DNA from: Candidatus Kryptoniota bacterium
GTDB taxonomy: Bacteria; Bacteroidota; Ignavibacteria; Kryptoniales; JAKASW01
Direction: 5' to 3'
DNA: 64,000 bases
Assembly (NCBI GenBank): GCA_036567965.1
Contig: DATCTN010000029.1
Span: forward strand, 6,932 to 70,931
Below are positions 1-9,545 of this stretch, one piece after another. The position numbers and the translations under genes are program-made. The notes under the pieces were generated by a model. That model saw only the letters and a list, made by a program, of their open reading frames with translations, did no database searches and was not told the origin of the DNA. Within the stretch, counting starts at the first letter, position 1; each line of letters opens with the position of its first letter.

Positions 1-243
1 AAACGGTCTCGGCCGCCTGCCGAAACCGCCGAACAGGATTTTCGCCAGGACCAGCAATCCGATTGCCTGAAGATAATCTATTGTCTTCAATCCAAACAAC
101 ACGGGGAGAAGCGCGTTCCATAATAGCATCACAATCAGACTTCCCACCGCCAGGAAAAACAGAACGAACGGCAGTCCTAAAAGAAACCACCAGCCTCTTC
201 TGTGTCTTCCGAGGGGACCCTTTTCGGCATTCCAGCTACACAT
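1..243 (-). CDS. small membrane protein, partial (runs off left edge); candidate partner of the ECF sigma factor
   Basis: Not in the ORF track because there is no stop in the window. ATG at 243..241 has GAGGAG about 10 nt upstream and overlaps the sigma-factor stop (TAG 238..236) by 8 nt. The frame stays open to position 1: MCSWNAEKGPLGRHRRGWWFLLGLPFVLFFLAVGSLIVMLLWNALLPVLFGLKTIDYLQAIGLLVLAKILFGGFGRRPRPF, with two hydrophobic segments. Confidence 0.5.
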   Translation of the reverse strand, partial: MCSWNAEKGPLGRHRRGWWFLLGLPFVLFFLAVGSLIVMLLWNALLPVLFGLKTIDYLQAIGLLVLAKILFGGFGRRPRPF

Positions 244-805
244 TGTTTTTTAACTCCTCATATAAATTTTTCAAACGTTTTCTCAAGTACAGGACCGCGT
301 AGCGCTTCCTCGAAATCAGCGTGTTCACCGGTTCGCCTTTTATTTCCGAAATCTCTCTGAAGCTCATGTCTTCGAATTCATTCATCTCAAACACCTCGCG
401 CTGCTCCTCGGGCAGCTCGTCAAGAGCGTCTTCCATCTCGTCCCAGAACTGGTTCTGCCAGTACGCTTCGTCAGGATAACCACCGAGGTTCGGGATTATC
501 TCTTCGATAGAAAGAGAATCGCCCTGCTCGTCGCCAGAGTTTGCGAACCTGACATCCGCAAAAGTTTTCGGCTTCTTCTTCCGGCGCGAGTCTATGATCC
601 TGTTCTTCGCGACGCGCATAAGCCACGCCGACACACGGTCCATAAACTCTATGCTCTGGAACGAATTCGCAAACTGGTAAAGAACGTCCTGCAAAATATC
701 TTCCGCCTCTTCTTTTGTGGGCACATTCCGCCTTATAAAGTTGAAGAGTTTGCCTCTCTCCTTCTCTATCGTGGCTTCAATCTGTTTCGATATTTCTGCA
801 GTCAA
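236..805 (-). CDS. RNA polymerase sigma-70 family, ECF-type sigma factor
   Basis: 189 aa. Region-2-like ILQDVLYQF...WLMRVAKNRIIDSRRKK and region-4 HTH LPEEQREVFEMNEFEDMSFREISEIKGEPVNTLISRKRYAV. Confidence 0.9.
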   Translation of the reverse strand: MTAEISKQIEATIEKERGKLFNFIRRNVPTKEEAEDILQDVLYQFANSFQSIEFMDRVSAWLMRVAKNRIIDSRRKKKPKTFADVRFANSGDEQGDSLSIEEIIPNLGGYPDEAYWQNQFWDEMEDALDELPEEQREVFEMNEFEDMSFREISEIKGEPVNTLISRKRYAVLYLRKRLKNLYEELKNNV

Positions 806-1438
806 CTCTATTTGGGCCTCTGTTAAGTATAACGGATTGGAAGGAGAAATATTTTAAACGAAAAACAAAACCTGTTGGGCGGTTCGGATTCGAGATGAAT
901 CGTGACGTTTCAATCTACAGGGAAGTATCCTCAATCCGCTGTACCACACCTACAAACCTAGAACGTGACGAATGCAATTAACGAGGTTGCTGCGGAGGCG
1001 AAAGCGCGATTGATACGGGATTTCTTCGGAGACGAGAAGTAGCCGTAATCTACTGTTCAAAACGACTACTAACTAGTAATGAACGGGCCTTACAATTACA
1101 TAAGACGTCCACGATATCCGAGCATAATAATTCTTCCCTCGGGCATCTCATTTATCTTTCTACGGTGGATCACGCTCCTCCTTGTCGCAGCCGCAATACT
1201 TCTTCTGATACGGATGATAAACGACAAAGAGAACCTGATGCATGACGAATTTACGTAACAGCGAGGTCTCCTCGTGCACTATTTACCCGCGTGAAGATTT
1301 CCCCGTCGCGGAAAAGTTTTGAGAAGACTGATGCCCGCCGTTATATTCTAAAGGAAATGATCGGCTGAACGTTTTCCTTTTCCGGGCACAATACGAAACC
1401 AAGGAAGATCAAAAGCACTAATTTTGTCAGGGGGAAGA

Positions 1439-2995
1439 ATGAAAGCATATCATCAACTAACGACGGCTCTTGCGCTCGCGATTCTTTTGATTCTGGCTGG
1501 AGACGGCTGCGCCCAGCGCTCAACGCCGCCAAGTAAGGCGTCGCTCTCAGTTCCATGTTCTTTAAACGACGGCTGGGTCCCAGGAAACCTCAGCGACGCG
1601 GATATCGATTCCACGCGGCTCGTGAATCTTCTGAGAAGAATAAATGAGAAAGAGTACTCAGGGATAGACGGGATACTCATTGTAAGAAATAACCGCCTTG
1701 TCTTCGAGGAATATTTTCCCGGAAACGATTTCGAGTACACTGCAAAAGATTTCAAGGGCAGACTCATTGACTACGACTGCGCCACGATTCACAACCTCGC
1801 TTCGGTAACCAAGAGCATTACTGCATTGCTGTTCGGAATTGCCGTCGATAAAGGTTTTGTTCGCGGAGTTGATGAAAAGCTGTACTCGTTCTTTCCTGCC
1901 GACAGCTCACTCTTCGACGGCGACAAGAAAAAGATCACGCTCGCGCACCTCCTCACGATGTCGTCGGGACTAAAATGGAACGAGCAGGACATTTCGTACG
2001 GCAATATGAGCAACGACATCGTGCAGTTGTTCATTGTCCCTGATCCGGTGAGATACATCCTGTCTAAACCTCTCGCAAACCGGCCGGGGACAACGTGGTA
2101 CTACAACGGAGGCGGCACCAACCTTATCGGTCAAATCCTACAGAGAACATCAGGCGTCAGACTCGATACGTTCGCGCAGAAATATCTGTTCGATCCGCTT
2201 GGAATCAAAAACTTAAAATGGGTTTATATAAACGACCGATTCGTGGACGCATCCGGTGATCTCAGATTAAGTCCCAGATCAATGGCGAAACTCGGCTCGC
2301 TTGTGCTAAACAAGGGAGAATGGAACGGAACCAAGGTGATCAGCCCGCAATGGATCGAAGAGATGACGAGGAAGCGCGTGTGGCTGCCGAAAGATGATGG
2401 TTACGGTTATCAGTGGTGGCTTCAGACTTATAAGCTCGGCTCACGCGCCGTCGACTCGTATCACGCCGGAGGATGGGGAGGACAGTGGATAATCGTTCTT
2501 CCTGAACTCAACGCCGTTGTCGTTCTCACCGGCAACAACTACGTCCGGCCGGACGTGACAAACGACATCATGTGCAACTATGTTCTCCCGTCGATGGTGA
2601 AAGATTTCTCTTACGATTTCAAAAAAATACAAACGGAGGCTCCTCTTCCCGACAGCATATCATTTGTTGCATCCGGCGGCAATTCTCCGTTCGATTGCTT
2701 GTCCGGAAGATGGTGCGGCCAATGGGACGCCCACTTCCTTTCATGCCAGCTCGTCGTGGAAAGGATAAGCGCCCGTGAAGCTACTGTTGTATACTCGTGG
2801 GCCGATCACCCCGCAGGTTATTTCAAGAAGGGATGGGTACGGAAGAGTGCAGGCGTCGACTCCACAGGAACGATCAGGTTCGAGACATCAGACTCGCTCA
2901 GCTTCCGGTATGATCCAAAGGAGGACGTGCTCATCGGAAATTTGAAGAACCAGTATGTTACGTCAAAGGCAATTTTGAGACGGATCAAAATGTAA
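1439..2995 (+). CDS. serine hydrolase, beta-lactamase/PBP4-like family, with extra C-terminal domain
   Basis: SxxK motif (ASVTKS), YxN-like YYNGGG and HAGGWGG box. ATG at 1439 follows GGGGGAAG, so it is preferred over the TTG at 1424. Signal-like N-terminus. Confidence 0.85.
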   Translation: MKAYHQLTTALALAILLILAGDGCAQRSTPPSKASLSVPCSLNDGWVPGNLSDADIDSTRLVNLLRRINEKEYSGIDGILIVRNNRLVFEEYFPGNDFEYTAKDFKGRLIDYDCATIHNLASVTKSITALLFGIAVDKGFVRGVDEKLYSFFPADSSLFDGDKKKITLAHLLTMSSGLKWNEQDISYGNMSNDIVQLFIVPDPVRYILSKPLANRPGTTWYYNGGGTNLIGQILQRTSGVRLDTFAQKYLFDPLGIKNLKWVYINDRFVDASGDLRLSPRSMAKLGSLVLNKGEWNGTKVISPQWIEEMTRKRVWLPKDDGYGYQWWLQTYKLGSRAVDSYHAGGWGGQWIIVLPELNAVVVLTGNNYVRPDVTNDIMCNYVLPSMVKDFSYDFKKIQTEAPLPDSISFVASGGNSPFDCLSGRWCGQWDAHFLSCQLVVERISAREATVVYSWADHPAGYFKKGWVRKSAGVDSTGTIRFETSDSLSFRYDPKEDVLIGNLKNQYVTSKAILRRIKM

Positions 2996-3116
2996 GTTGA
3001 AAGAATAAATTTGCATTCCATGTCGGCAGATATCGTTTGAAATTGAATCGGTCAGATTCCTTCAATAAAATCTCGGCCAAGAAAGCATTGAGTGAGGTCT
3101 CAGAGCGCAGTCGATC

Positions 3117-3638
3117 TTGAGTGACAACTTCCTATTGCTCGCACTTACGTTTCTGGCTTGTCTCGCGATTCGTTCTGTTTATGAACGGCTCAAAGACGCA
3201 CGACTGATAAATCCCGAACACAAATTCATATTGTCCTTAGTCTTCGCGGCTATGGGCGGAATGTGGGTATCGTGGTTCGGTATGTGTCTCCTCGATCCGC
3301 TCGCGCTCAAGATTGGGAGCGTTTTCAAGTGGACCGGCTTTGCTTTGGTCATACTGGGCATCCTCCTTGCCGTCGCCGCACTCGTACAACTTCGCGGAGT
3401 CGAGAACATAGACCACCTCGTAACATCCGGTTTATTCAAGCGGCTTAGACATCCAATGTACACAGGTTTCATTCTGTGGATCCTCGGCTGGGCATCGTAT
3501 CACGGCGCAATCCTGAGTTTTGGAATCGGAGCCGTTGGAATAGCAAACATTATCTACTGGAGACATCTAGAGGATGGGCGACTTAAAGAGAAGTACGGAG
3601 AGCCATATCTGAGGTACAGAGAGAAGACCTGGTTTTGA
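3117..3638 (+). CDS. isoprenylcysteine carboxyl methyltransferase (ICMT/PEMT-like) family membrane methyltransferase
   Basis: 173 aa and polytopic. C-terminal signature LVTSGLFKRLRHPMYTGFILWILG...EDGRLKEKYGEPYLRYREKT. Confidence 0.8.
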   Translation: MSDNFLLLALTFLACLAIRSVYERLKDARLINPEHKFILSLVFAAMGGMWVSWFGMCLLDPLALKIGSVFKWTGFALVILGILLAVAALVQLRGVENIDHLVTSGLFKRLRHPMYTGFILWILGWASYHGAILSFGIGAVGIANIIYWRHLEDGRLKEKYGEPYLRYREKTWF

Positions 3639-3748
3639 TGTACGGCTCAGCTGCCACGCGCGTGGCAGGTTTACATTCCCGCCGTACTCTCAGGCATTCG
3701 TGGAACATGAGGTTGGCTTCAAACAATCGAGCGGATTCCTTCGGCCGG

Positions 3749-4432
3749 CTATCCCCTCTTCTCCGGAATTGTCCTCCCCATTATGAACGCGATCCCGCTG
3801 AAGGCAAACGCTTCGCACACGCTCGTCCATTCGTTTCCCAAAGTGCCCGACGGATCCGCAATCGCGCGCGGTATGTGAAGTATGATCACCCAGATGAAAA
3901 GCATGACTCCGAGAAGCGTAGCCGCGAGTCGGGCCTTGACATTTATGATTATTCCCACACCCGACGCTATCAACGCAATTCCGGCGAAGTAAGTCCAGAA
4001 AAGATCGCCCGGAATCCATCTTGGCACCAGCGATCTGACTAAGTCCGTGTATATGAAGTGATCGAGACCAAACACGGCCACCATTATCGCCAGCGGATAT
4101 TTTGAAAGCGGCATGAAAAAATCTTCCAACTTAGAGAGCACGGACGGTTTTACCCCGCCGTCAATAGCTTGTCGCGGCAGCGATCCCGCCACGACGAGCG
4201 CGCCCCCGAAGAATGCGAACTCTTTGAACGCGGCTGTCCACGACCCCATCCGGGTTGCGTGTATTATTACGTCGTGCGGGATATGAAGGAACAGGACAAA
4301 CGCGAGAAAGACGAGACCCGACAAGGCGGCCGCCGGTCTTCGCCATCTTCCGAATACGATGAGTGCAGCTCCCACTAAGTGGACCCACACATGTCGAAAT
4401 GGCACCCACGCGGGAGGCCACGCAACCATCAC
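3749..4432 (-). CDS. polytopic membrane protein (DoxX-like, tentative)
   Basis: 227 aa with about 6 hydrophobic helices and an internally duplicated pattern. The family assignment is uncertain. Confidence 0.5.
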   Translation of the reverse strand: MMVAWPPAWVPFRHVWVHLVGAALIVFGRWRRPAAALSGLVFLAFVLFLHIPHDVIIHATRMGSWTAAFKEFAFFGGALVVAGSLPRQAIDGGVKPSVLSKLEDFFMPLSKYPLAIMVAVFGLDHFIYTDLVRSLVPRWIPGDLFWTYFAGIALIASGVGIIINVKARLAATLLGVMLFIWVIILHIPRAIADPSGTLGNEWTSVCEAFAFSGIAFIMGRTIPEKRG

Positions 4433-4541
4433 CGGTTTGAAATCTGAAAATATGAAATGCTAAATCCCGATTCCGATCACACCGATTGCAAACTTGATCC
4501 GGCCTGCGAATAGAACTCTATCGTCTGAGATGAGATTTGAA

Positions 4542-6035
4542 TCAACCATCTCTCTTCACCTTCTTTAAAAGCGGGAACAGTCGCCGGTATTCACCGAACA
4601 TTTTTTTATACTGGCTGAAGATCTTCGCGTCCGGTTTGATCTCCTTCCTCACGGCTGTCATTTTAGTCGCGGCTTCCTTGAAATTCGCGTACCACCCCAC
4701 ACCTACCGCAGCGGCTATGGCAGCTCCCAACCCGGACGCCTCGATGTCCTCCGGAATAAGAACACTCCTCCCCGTTACATTCGATATGATGGTACACCAC
4801 AGATCGCTTGCGGCACCGCCGCCGATGGCAACAAATTCTTTCACCCTCTTTCCAATTTCCTTTTCAACCGCGTTCAGTGCAAAAAGTTGTTCGAACGCAA
4901 TCCCTTCCAGGATGGAACGATAAATATGCGCGCGCGCGTGAGACGACGACAGGCCCACGAACGCTCCTCTTGCATTTGCGTCCCAATATGGATTCATGAC
5001 TCCGCATAAATACGGAAGGTAAAATAGCCCGTCGCTTCCGGGTGGAATGTTACGCGTCGCATCCTCGAGTTGTTCATAGATTTCGGTTGTCGGATCGATA
5101 TTTAAGATTTTCCTTAACAGCCACTCTAAGGAAAATGTCCCCGCTCTCAAGCTGCACTCGTAGTAGTAGCCGCTATCAGAGCAGCTTCCCATGGTTCGGA
5201 ACGCCCTGCTTATCCGGTAGCGATCTCCGTAAACCCCTGCAACGACGGCGGTACCCAGGTTGAGGTAAGCGCGATTGGTTGTCAGCGCATTCGATCCAAG
5301 TCCCGCTGCTTGACCGTCTCCCCCTCCCGCCACGACTATCGTGTCTGTCGTGAGCCCTGTTTCCTCAGACGCGTGGGCACAGACTTTTCCCAATATCGTC
5401 CCGGGGCTGTAAGTTTCCGGCAACTGGCTCTCACGCAGCCCGAGTGCCTTAAGAATGACCGGTGACCACTTTTTGTTTTTCAGATCAAAAAGTCCGAGCG
5501 GATCGGCGCTTGCCCAGCTGGTCTTGAAGGACTCCGTCAGTTTCCATGTTACGTAAGTGTGCACATCGCACACCATCGCGATTTTTCTGAACAGTTCCGG
5601 TTCGTTTCTTTTCATCCACGCGAGCCTGTACACCACCGGCGCATAATCGGGAGGCTTGCCGGTTATGCGGTGAATCCTGTCCTTACCGATCTTGCGGGCA
5701 AACGGTTCGACTTCGTCCTTACATCTTTCGTCGAGCCACACGATCCCCCGCCGAAGACTTTCTCCACCTGCGCCGAGAGTCACAAATGTCTCTCTCTGAT
5801 TCGCGACTGCGAGAGCTGCAATTCTTCTCTTGTCGATCGCTTTTGTGATTTTGTTGAGCGCCATTACGGAGGATTTCCACCAGTCAGCGGGATCCTGTTC
5901 GTAATAATTCGCCTGCGGCGAGAACAGCGGGACCGTTTCACTTGCGTATGCGGCGACTTTTCCGCGCCGGTCGAACGCAATCGCCTTCGTGCTCGTGGTA
6001 CTGCAGTCGAGTCCGACCACCAGATCGCCGGTCAT
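4542..6035 (-). CDS. FGGY-family carbohydrate kinase (xylulokinase-like)
   Basis: 497 aa. N-terminal VGLDCSTTSTKAIAFD phosphate-1 motif and GGGDGQAAGLG. Sits 10 nt downstream of the dehydrogenase gene. Confidence 0.9.
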   Translation of the reverse strand: MTGDLVVGLDCSTTSTKAIAFDRRGKVAAYASETVPLFSPQANYYEQDPADWWKSSVMALNKITKAIDKRRIAALAVANQRETFVTLGAGGESLRRGIVWLDERCKDEVEPFARKIGKDRIHRITGKPPDYAPVVYRLAWMKRNEPELFRKIAMVCDVHTYVTWKLTESFKTSWASADPLGLFDLKNKKWSPVILKALGLRESQLPETYSPGTILGKVCAHASEETGLTTDTIVVAGGGDGQAAGLGSNALTTNRAYLNLGTAVVAGVYGDRYRISRAFRTMGSCSDSGYYYECSLRAGTFSLEWLLRKILNIDPTTEIYEQLEDATRNIPPGSDGLFYLPYLCGVMNPYWDANARGAFVGLSSSHARAHIYRSILEGIAFEQLFALNAVEKEIGKRVKEFVAIGGGAASDLWCTIISNVTGRSVLIPEDIEASGLGAAIAAAVGVGWYANFKEAATKMTAVRKEIKPDAKIFSQYKKMFGEYRRLFPLLKKVKRDG

Positions 6036-6045
6036 CCTCAGCCCG

Positions 6046-7083
6046 TCAGTCGATGAATATCATGGTCTTCATGACGCCGTCCCTGCGGTGACTCACAAGC
6101 TCGAACGCATCCTGAGCTTTCTCAAGCGGGAACCGGTGAGTAACAAGTGGATCTACATTAATCCGTTTTGCCGCGACAAGGTCGATTGCCCTTTGAGTGG
6201 AGTTGAGTTGCCTCCGAACATTTATGATCGTAATCTCCTTCCTGCGGAGTTCGTGTATAAGGAATGAGATCTCATCTCTCTCCGGTATCCCTACGATCAC
6301 TAGTTTGCCGCCGGGTTTAACGAGCTCAACCGACTGACCTATCGCTTCCTGATCTCCGCTGCATTCGAAGACAACGTCCATTTGAAGCGGTTCTATCCGC
6401 AAAATTTCTTTTACAACGTCTTCTTTATCAGGATTTCCTGACCACGAAGGATTCAACTTCTTTGAGAACACCACTCGCGCATCTATTTTATCTGTTACGA
6501 ATACTTTGCCGACATTCTTCGTCCGCAAAACATGAAACACGGACATCCCTATCGGCCCCGCTCCGAGGATCGCGGCATCTGCACCATCGGAGAGAGCAGA
6601 TTTCTCGACCGCGTACAGGGCAATCGCCAGAGGTTCTGTCAGAGCCGCCTGGTCGAATGTCATGTCTTCACCAATCGGAAAGCAATTTCTTTCGGGAAGA
6701 ACGATATACTCGCACTGAGCGCCATCCAGTTGTTTCGGCGCGCCGAGGAACCGGAGTTCACGACAAGTATTCTCTCTTCCCGCCTTGCATTGGTCGCATT
6801 TCCCGCACGACACCGCTGGATCAATAGCTATCCTGTCACCGCGTTTCAGTCTTTTTACGTCCTTTCCGACGCCTTCCACGACTCCGGCTGTTTCATGTCC
6901 CACTGTGAATGGATACTGCACTATTTGCGAACCGATCCTGCCTGTGGTGTAATAGTGTATGTCCGACCCGCAGACACCAACAGTCTTAATTCGAATTAAT
7001 ACATCAGTATCGTTTTTTATCTTCGGATCAGGCAGAACATGTATCTCGAATTTTCCGGGACCCGTCAGAAGAGCGGCCTTCAA
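6046..7083 (-). CDS. zinc-dependent medium-chain dehydrogenase (sorbitol/xylitol/threonine dehydrogenase-like)
   Basis: 345 aa. GVCGSDIHYY, GHETAGVVEGVG, the structural-Zn Cys cluster CGKCDQCKAGRENTC and the GAGPIG Rossmann motif. TTG start preceded by AAAGGAGA. Confidence 0.9.
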   Translation of the reverse strand: MKAALLTGPGKFEIHVLPDPKIKNDTDVLIRIKTVGVCGSDIHYYTTGRIGSQIVQYPFTVGHETAGVVEGVGKDVKRLKRGDRIAIDPAVSCGKCDQCKAGRENTCRELRFLGAPKQLDGAQCEYIVLPERNCFPIGEDMTFDQAALTEPLAIALYAVEKSALSDGADAAILGAGPIGMSVFHVLRTKNVGKVFVTDKIDARVVFSKKLNPSWSGNPDKEDVVKEILRIEPLQMDVVFECSGDQEAIGQSVELVKPGGKLVIVGIPERDEISFLIHELRRKEITIINVRRQLNSTQRAIDLVAAKRINVDPLVTHRFPLEKAQDAFELVSHRRDGVMKTMIFID

Positions 7084-7310
7084 TTCCAGAGTCTCCTTTC
7101 AATTGAATTCAGATCGGATTTATTCACGCTAATTTTCAGATTTCGCATCGGGTTAATATGTAAAGGATTTTGCTCAAAGACTAACCATGGTGTGCGTTAC
7201 TCTGGGAATGAGGTTGAAGGGAAAAAGGGACAAAGCTGCAGAGGAACAAAGGCAAAATGGTATCATGTCGCGGAGTATTGGTCGATGCGGGATTGGAGTT
7301 GCACTTCGGT

Positions 7311-7736
7311 TCAGTCAACTCTGTCGACTCTGCGGTCTCTTATCTCGTTCAAAATACGTCGCGCATCGTACGGAGCAATGAATGAGTCGTACTTCTCTTT
7401 TGAGATCTTTCCGGCGTATCTCGCGATTACTTTTTCGACGCTTTCCATCCGCTCATCCATTTTCTTGCACGGAAACTCGATGCAGTCCGCGCAAGTGAAC
7501 ATACCGCGGCCGATGACGCACTTTCTGATCTCACAATCCTTGCCAGGAAGCGGACAGCTTCCACTGCCTTCTGTCAGACAACCCTTGCAGTGAAGATCTT
7601 TCGGCTGAAAATTCAAGTGGAAGTATTTCTTCCAACCCTGAGCTGCTCGCTCCCTGTCGGCAACAGTCTTGCTCCTACCGATGAACGCAACGCATTCATC
7701 GCACCTGAAGCCACATCTCGATACAATATTTTTCAT
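7311..7736 (-). CDS. Cys-rich DUF3795-like protein
   Basis: 141 aa. Pattern CGFRCDEC...CKGC...C...CEIRKC...CADCIEFPC, as I recall for DUF3795. Confidence 0.65.
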   Translation of the reverse strand: MKNIVSRCGFRCDECVAFIGRSKTVADRERAAQGWKKYFHLNFQPKDLHCKGCLTEGSGSCPLPGKDCEIRKCVIGRGMFTCADCIEFPCKKMDERMESVEKVIARYAGKISKEKYDSFIAPYDARRILNEIRDRRVDRVD

Positions 7737-7817
7737 CTTCTAACTCCTCACGCGGCATTGTCGCAAAATTGCATCTTGTTGCCCGGTAATTGGAATGGAA
7801 TCTCCCGATCTCTAATC

Positions 7818-8195
7818 TCATGAATTAACAATTTGTTTGTGAAATCTCATGAAAGCATCCGAAGGATTCATATTCTTCAAAACTTTTATCAGCAACCCGG
7901 CGCTGACTCCCATTAATAGGATGAACATTACAATCGGTGCGACAGGCATAAAACCCGTCTCGAGTCCGCCGACGATTGCCCCCGCGAGAATCGACAGGCA
8001 CATGTTCACTGAGAAGACGAGTACAATCGGAGAGAGGATGAATCCGAATCCACGTCTCTTCAAGAGGAGTCCTCCTGTAAATAATGCGAATGGAACGAGG
8101 AGGCCGAGGTCGCTCGCCTGACTTATTGCGGTCTGTTCTCCTCTGAATTCCCGCGGAAGAGTGCCTGTCACTGATGCCGGGACCAACTTGAGCAT
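7818..8195 (-). CDS. small membrane protein, unknown function
   Basis: 125 aa with 3 hydrophobic helices. ATG lies 4 nt after the GNAT stop, so it is tightly packed in the same operon. Confidence 0.45.
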   Translation of the reverse strand: MLKLVPASVTGTLPREFRGEQTAISQASDLGLLVPFALFTGGLLLKRRGFGFILSPIVLVFSVNMCLSILAGAIVGGLETGFMPVAPIVMFILLMGVSAGLLIKVLKNMNPSDAFMRFHKQIVNS

Positions 8196-8199
8196 GCGT

Positions 8200-8697
8200 T
8201 CAAAGCACCTTCTCCAGATACATCTCGTTCATCGAGTAGCCCATTCCGGTATACAACGGGTAGCCGGATGTCGATGCATGCAAGCTAACACGTCTGATCC
8301 GGTGTCTCTTGCCCTCCGTATGAAGTCTCTCCATGATTCTTGTCGCGATACCTTCCCGCCTGCGTTCGCTTACGACATAAACGTTGAGAATGTATCCGAG
8401 CCGCGTCCCAATGTGTGAAATGTGCGGTGGACCATCGAGGAAGAGAATCGATCCGCAACCTACCACTTCTCCACCGCTGACCGCGACACAATCGAATTGA
8501 CTTTTCAATCCTACATGAGTGAGATAGTAGCTCTTCGATTTGCGGATGAATCTGACTTTCTTTCCCGAATAATTCTCGTCCGGCCTCATCTCGGAAAACA
8601 TCCTGTACCTGAAATCTGCGAGGATTCCGGCGTCTTTTTTTCCCGCCCGGCGGATGAGGATTTTCTCTTTCGCTGATTTAGTCGTCATGCTTTTCAT
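8200..8697 (-). CDS. GNAT family N-acetyltransferase
   Basis: 165 aa. Acetyl-CoA motif A region VVSERRREGIATRIMERL followed by ...YPLYTGMGY. Confidence 0.85.
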   Translation of the reverse strand: MKSMTTKSAKEKILIRRAGKKDAGILADFRYRMFSEMRPDENYSGKKVRFIRKSKSYYLTHVGLKSQFDCVAVSGGEVVGCGSILFLDGPPHISHIGTRLGYILNVYVVSERRREGIATRIMERLHTEGKRHRIRRVSLHASTSGYPLYTGMGYSMNEMYLEKVL

Positions 8698-8726
8698 TTT
8701 CTCCCAATCTCTCGAGAAGCGTGAGC

Positions 8727-9479
8727 TTAGTGATTCATCCTGTTGAACTGCTCATAAAATCCGCTTTGCGACGCAGCCGCGACGAGATTCTGCGCTTGAC
8801 CTACACCGTGCTCGAATTCGTCTTTGGCCAGCGCGGTCATGGTAGATACCGCCACTTCGGAAGGAGGTATTCCTCTGAACGTTTGTCCTCTCCCCGCACG
8901 GGCGCCTTTATCGAGATCGGTATCAACCGTAGGAGGAATAATTTCGAAGACCTTCACGGATGTGTTCTTTAGTTGGTGCCGAAGTGAAATCGTGAATGAA
9001 TGGATCGCAGCCTTTGTGGCACAATAAACGGGCATGATCGCTATCGGAACAAACCCGAGTCCGGACGAAACGTTGATGATAGCCGCTTCAGATCGCTTCA
9101 TGAATTCCGGAATGAAGCAGGCCGACAAGTGGATTGTGGATCCGAGGTTGATGTCCAGCTCGTTTTCATTCGCGCGCAAATCCCGCAGACCCGCTTTCAA
9201 ATCTATCATCCTCTGGATGCCCGCATTGTTTACGAGAATGTTAATGTCCTTGAAGTTTGAAGTGACCCAATTGTAGAGCCCCTCGCGATCTCCGGGGGAG
9301 GACACGTCGCATACATACGTGTGAATCTCAGGAAGCCTTCTCTCCGCTTCATTTAGTTTTTCCTCTCTTCTCCCACAGATGATTACTTTATTCCCGGCTT
9401 TCAGAAATTCCTCCGCGAGACAGTACCCGATTCCTGTGGCGCCGCCGGTGATAAGAACCGTATTTCTGGTTGTGTTCAT
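8727..9479 (-). CDS. short-chain dehydrogenase/reductase (SDR)
   Basis: 250 aa. TGGATGIG cofactor motif, NNAG, catalytic YCATKAA. Confidence 0.9.
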   Translation of the reverse strand: MNTTRNTVLITGGATGIGYCLAEEFLKAGNKVIICGRREEKLNEAERRLPEIHTYVCDVSSPGDREGLYNWVTSNFKDINILVNNAGIQRMIDLKAGLRDLRANENELDINLGSTIHLSACFIPEFMKRSEAAIINVSSGLGFVPIAIMPVYCATKAAIHSFTISLRHQLKNTSVKVFEIIPPTVDTDLDKGARAGRGQTFRGIPPSEVAVSTMTALAKDEFEHGVGQAQNLVAAASQSGFYEQFNRMNH

Positions 9480-9545
9480 TTAAAAGCTCCGCAATTTTTT
9501 GTATTCATGTATGACAAGCAGCAGGATCGTTGCACACTCATCGAG

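Noticed and set aside
3635-4042. 135-aa plus-strand ORF and other ORFs overlapping the 227-aa membrane protein gene
   Set aside because: Their compositions are Arg/Ser-rich. The minus-strand membrane protein has coherent hydrophobic helices across the whole region.
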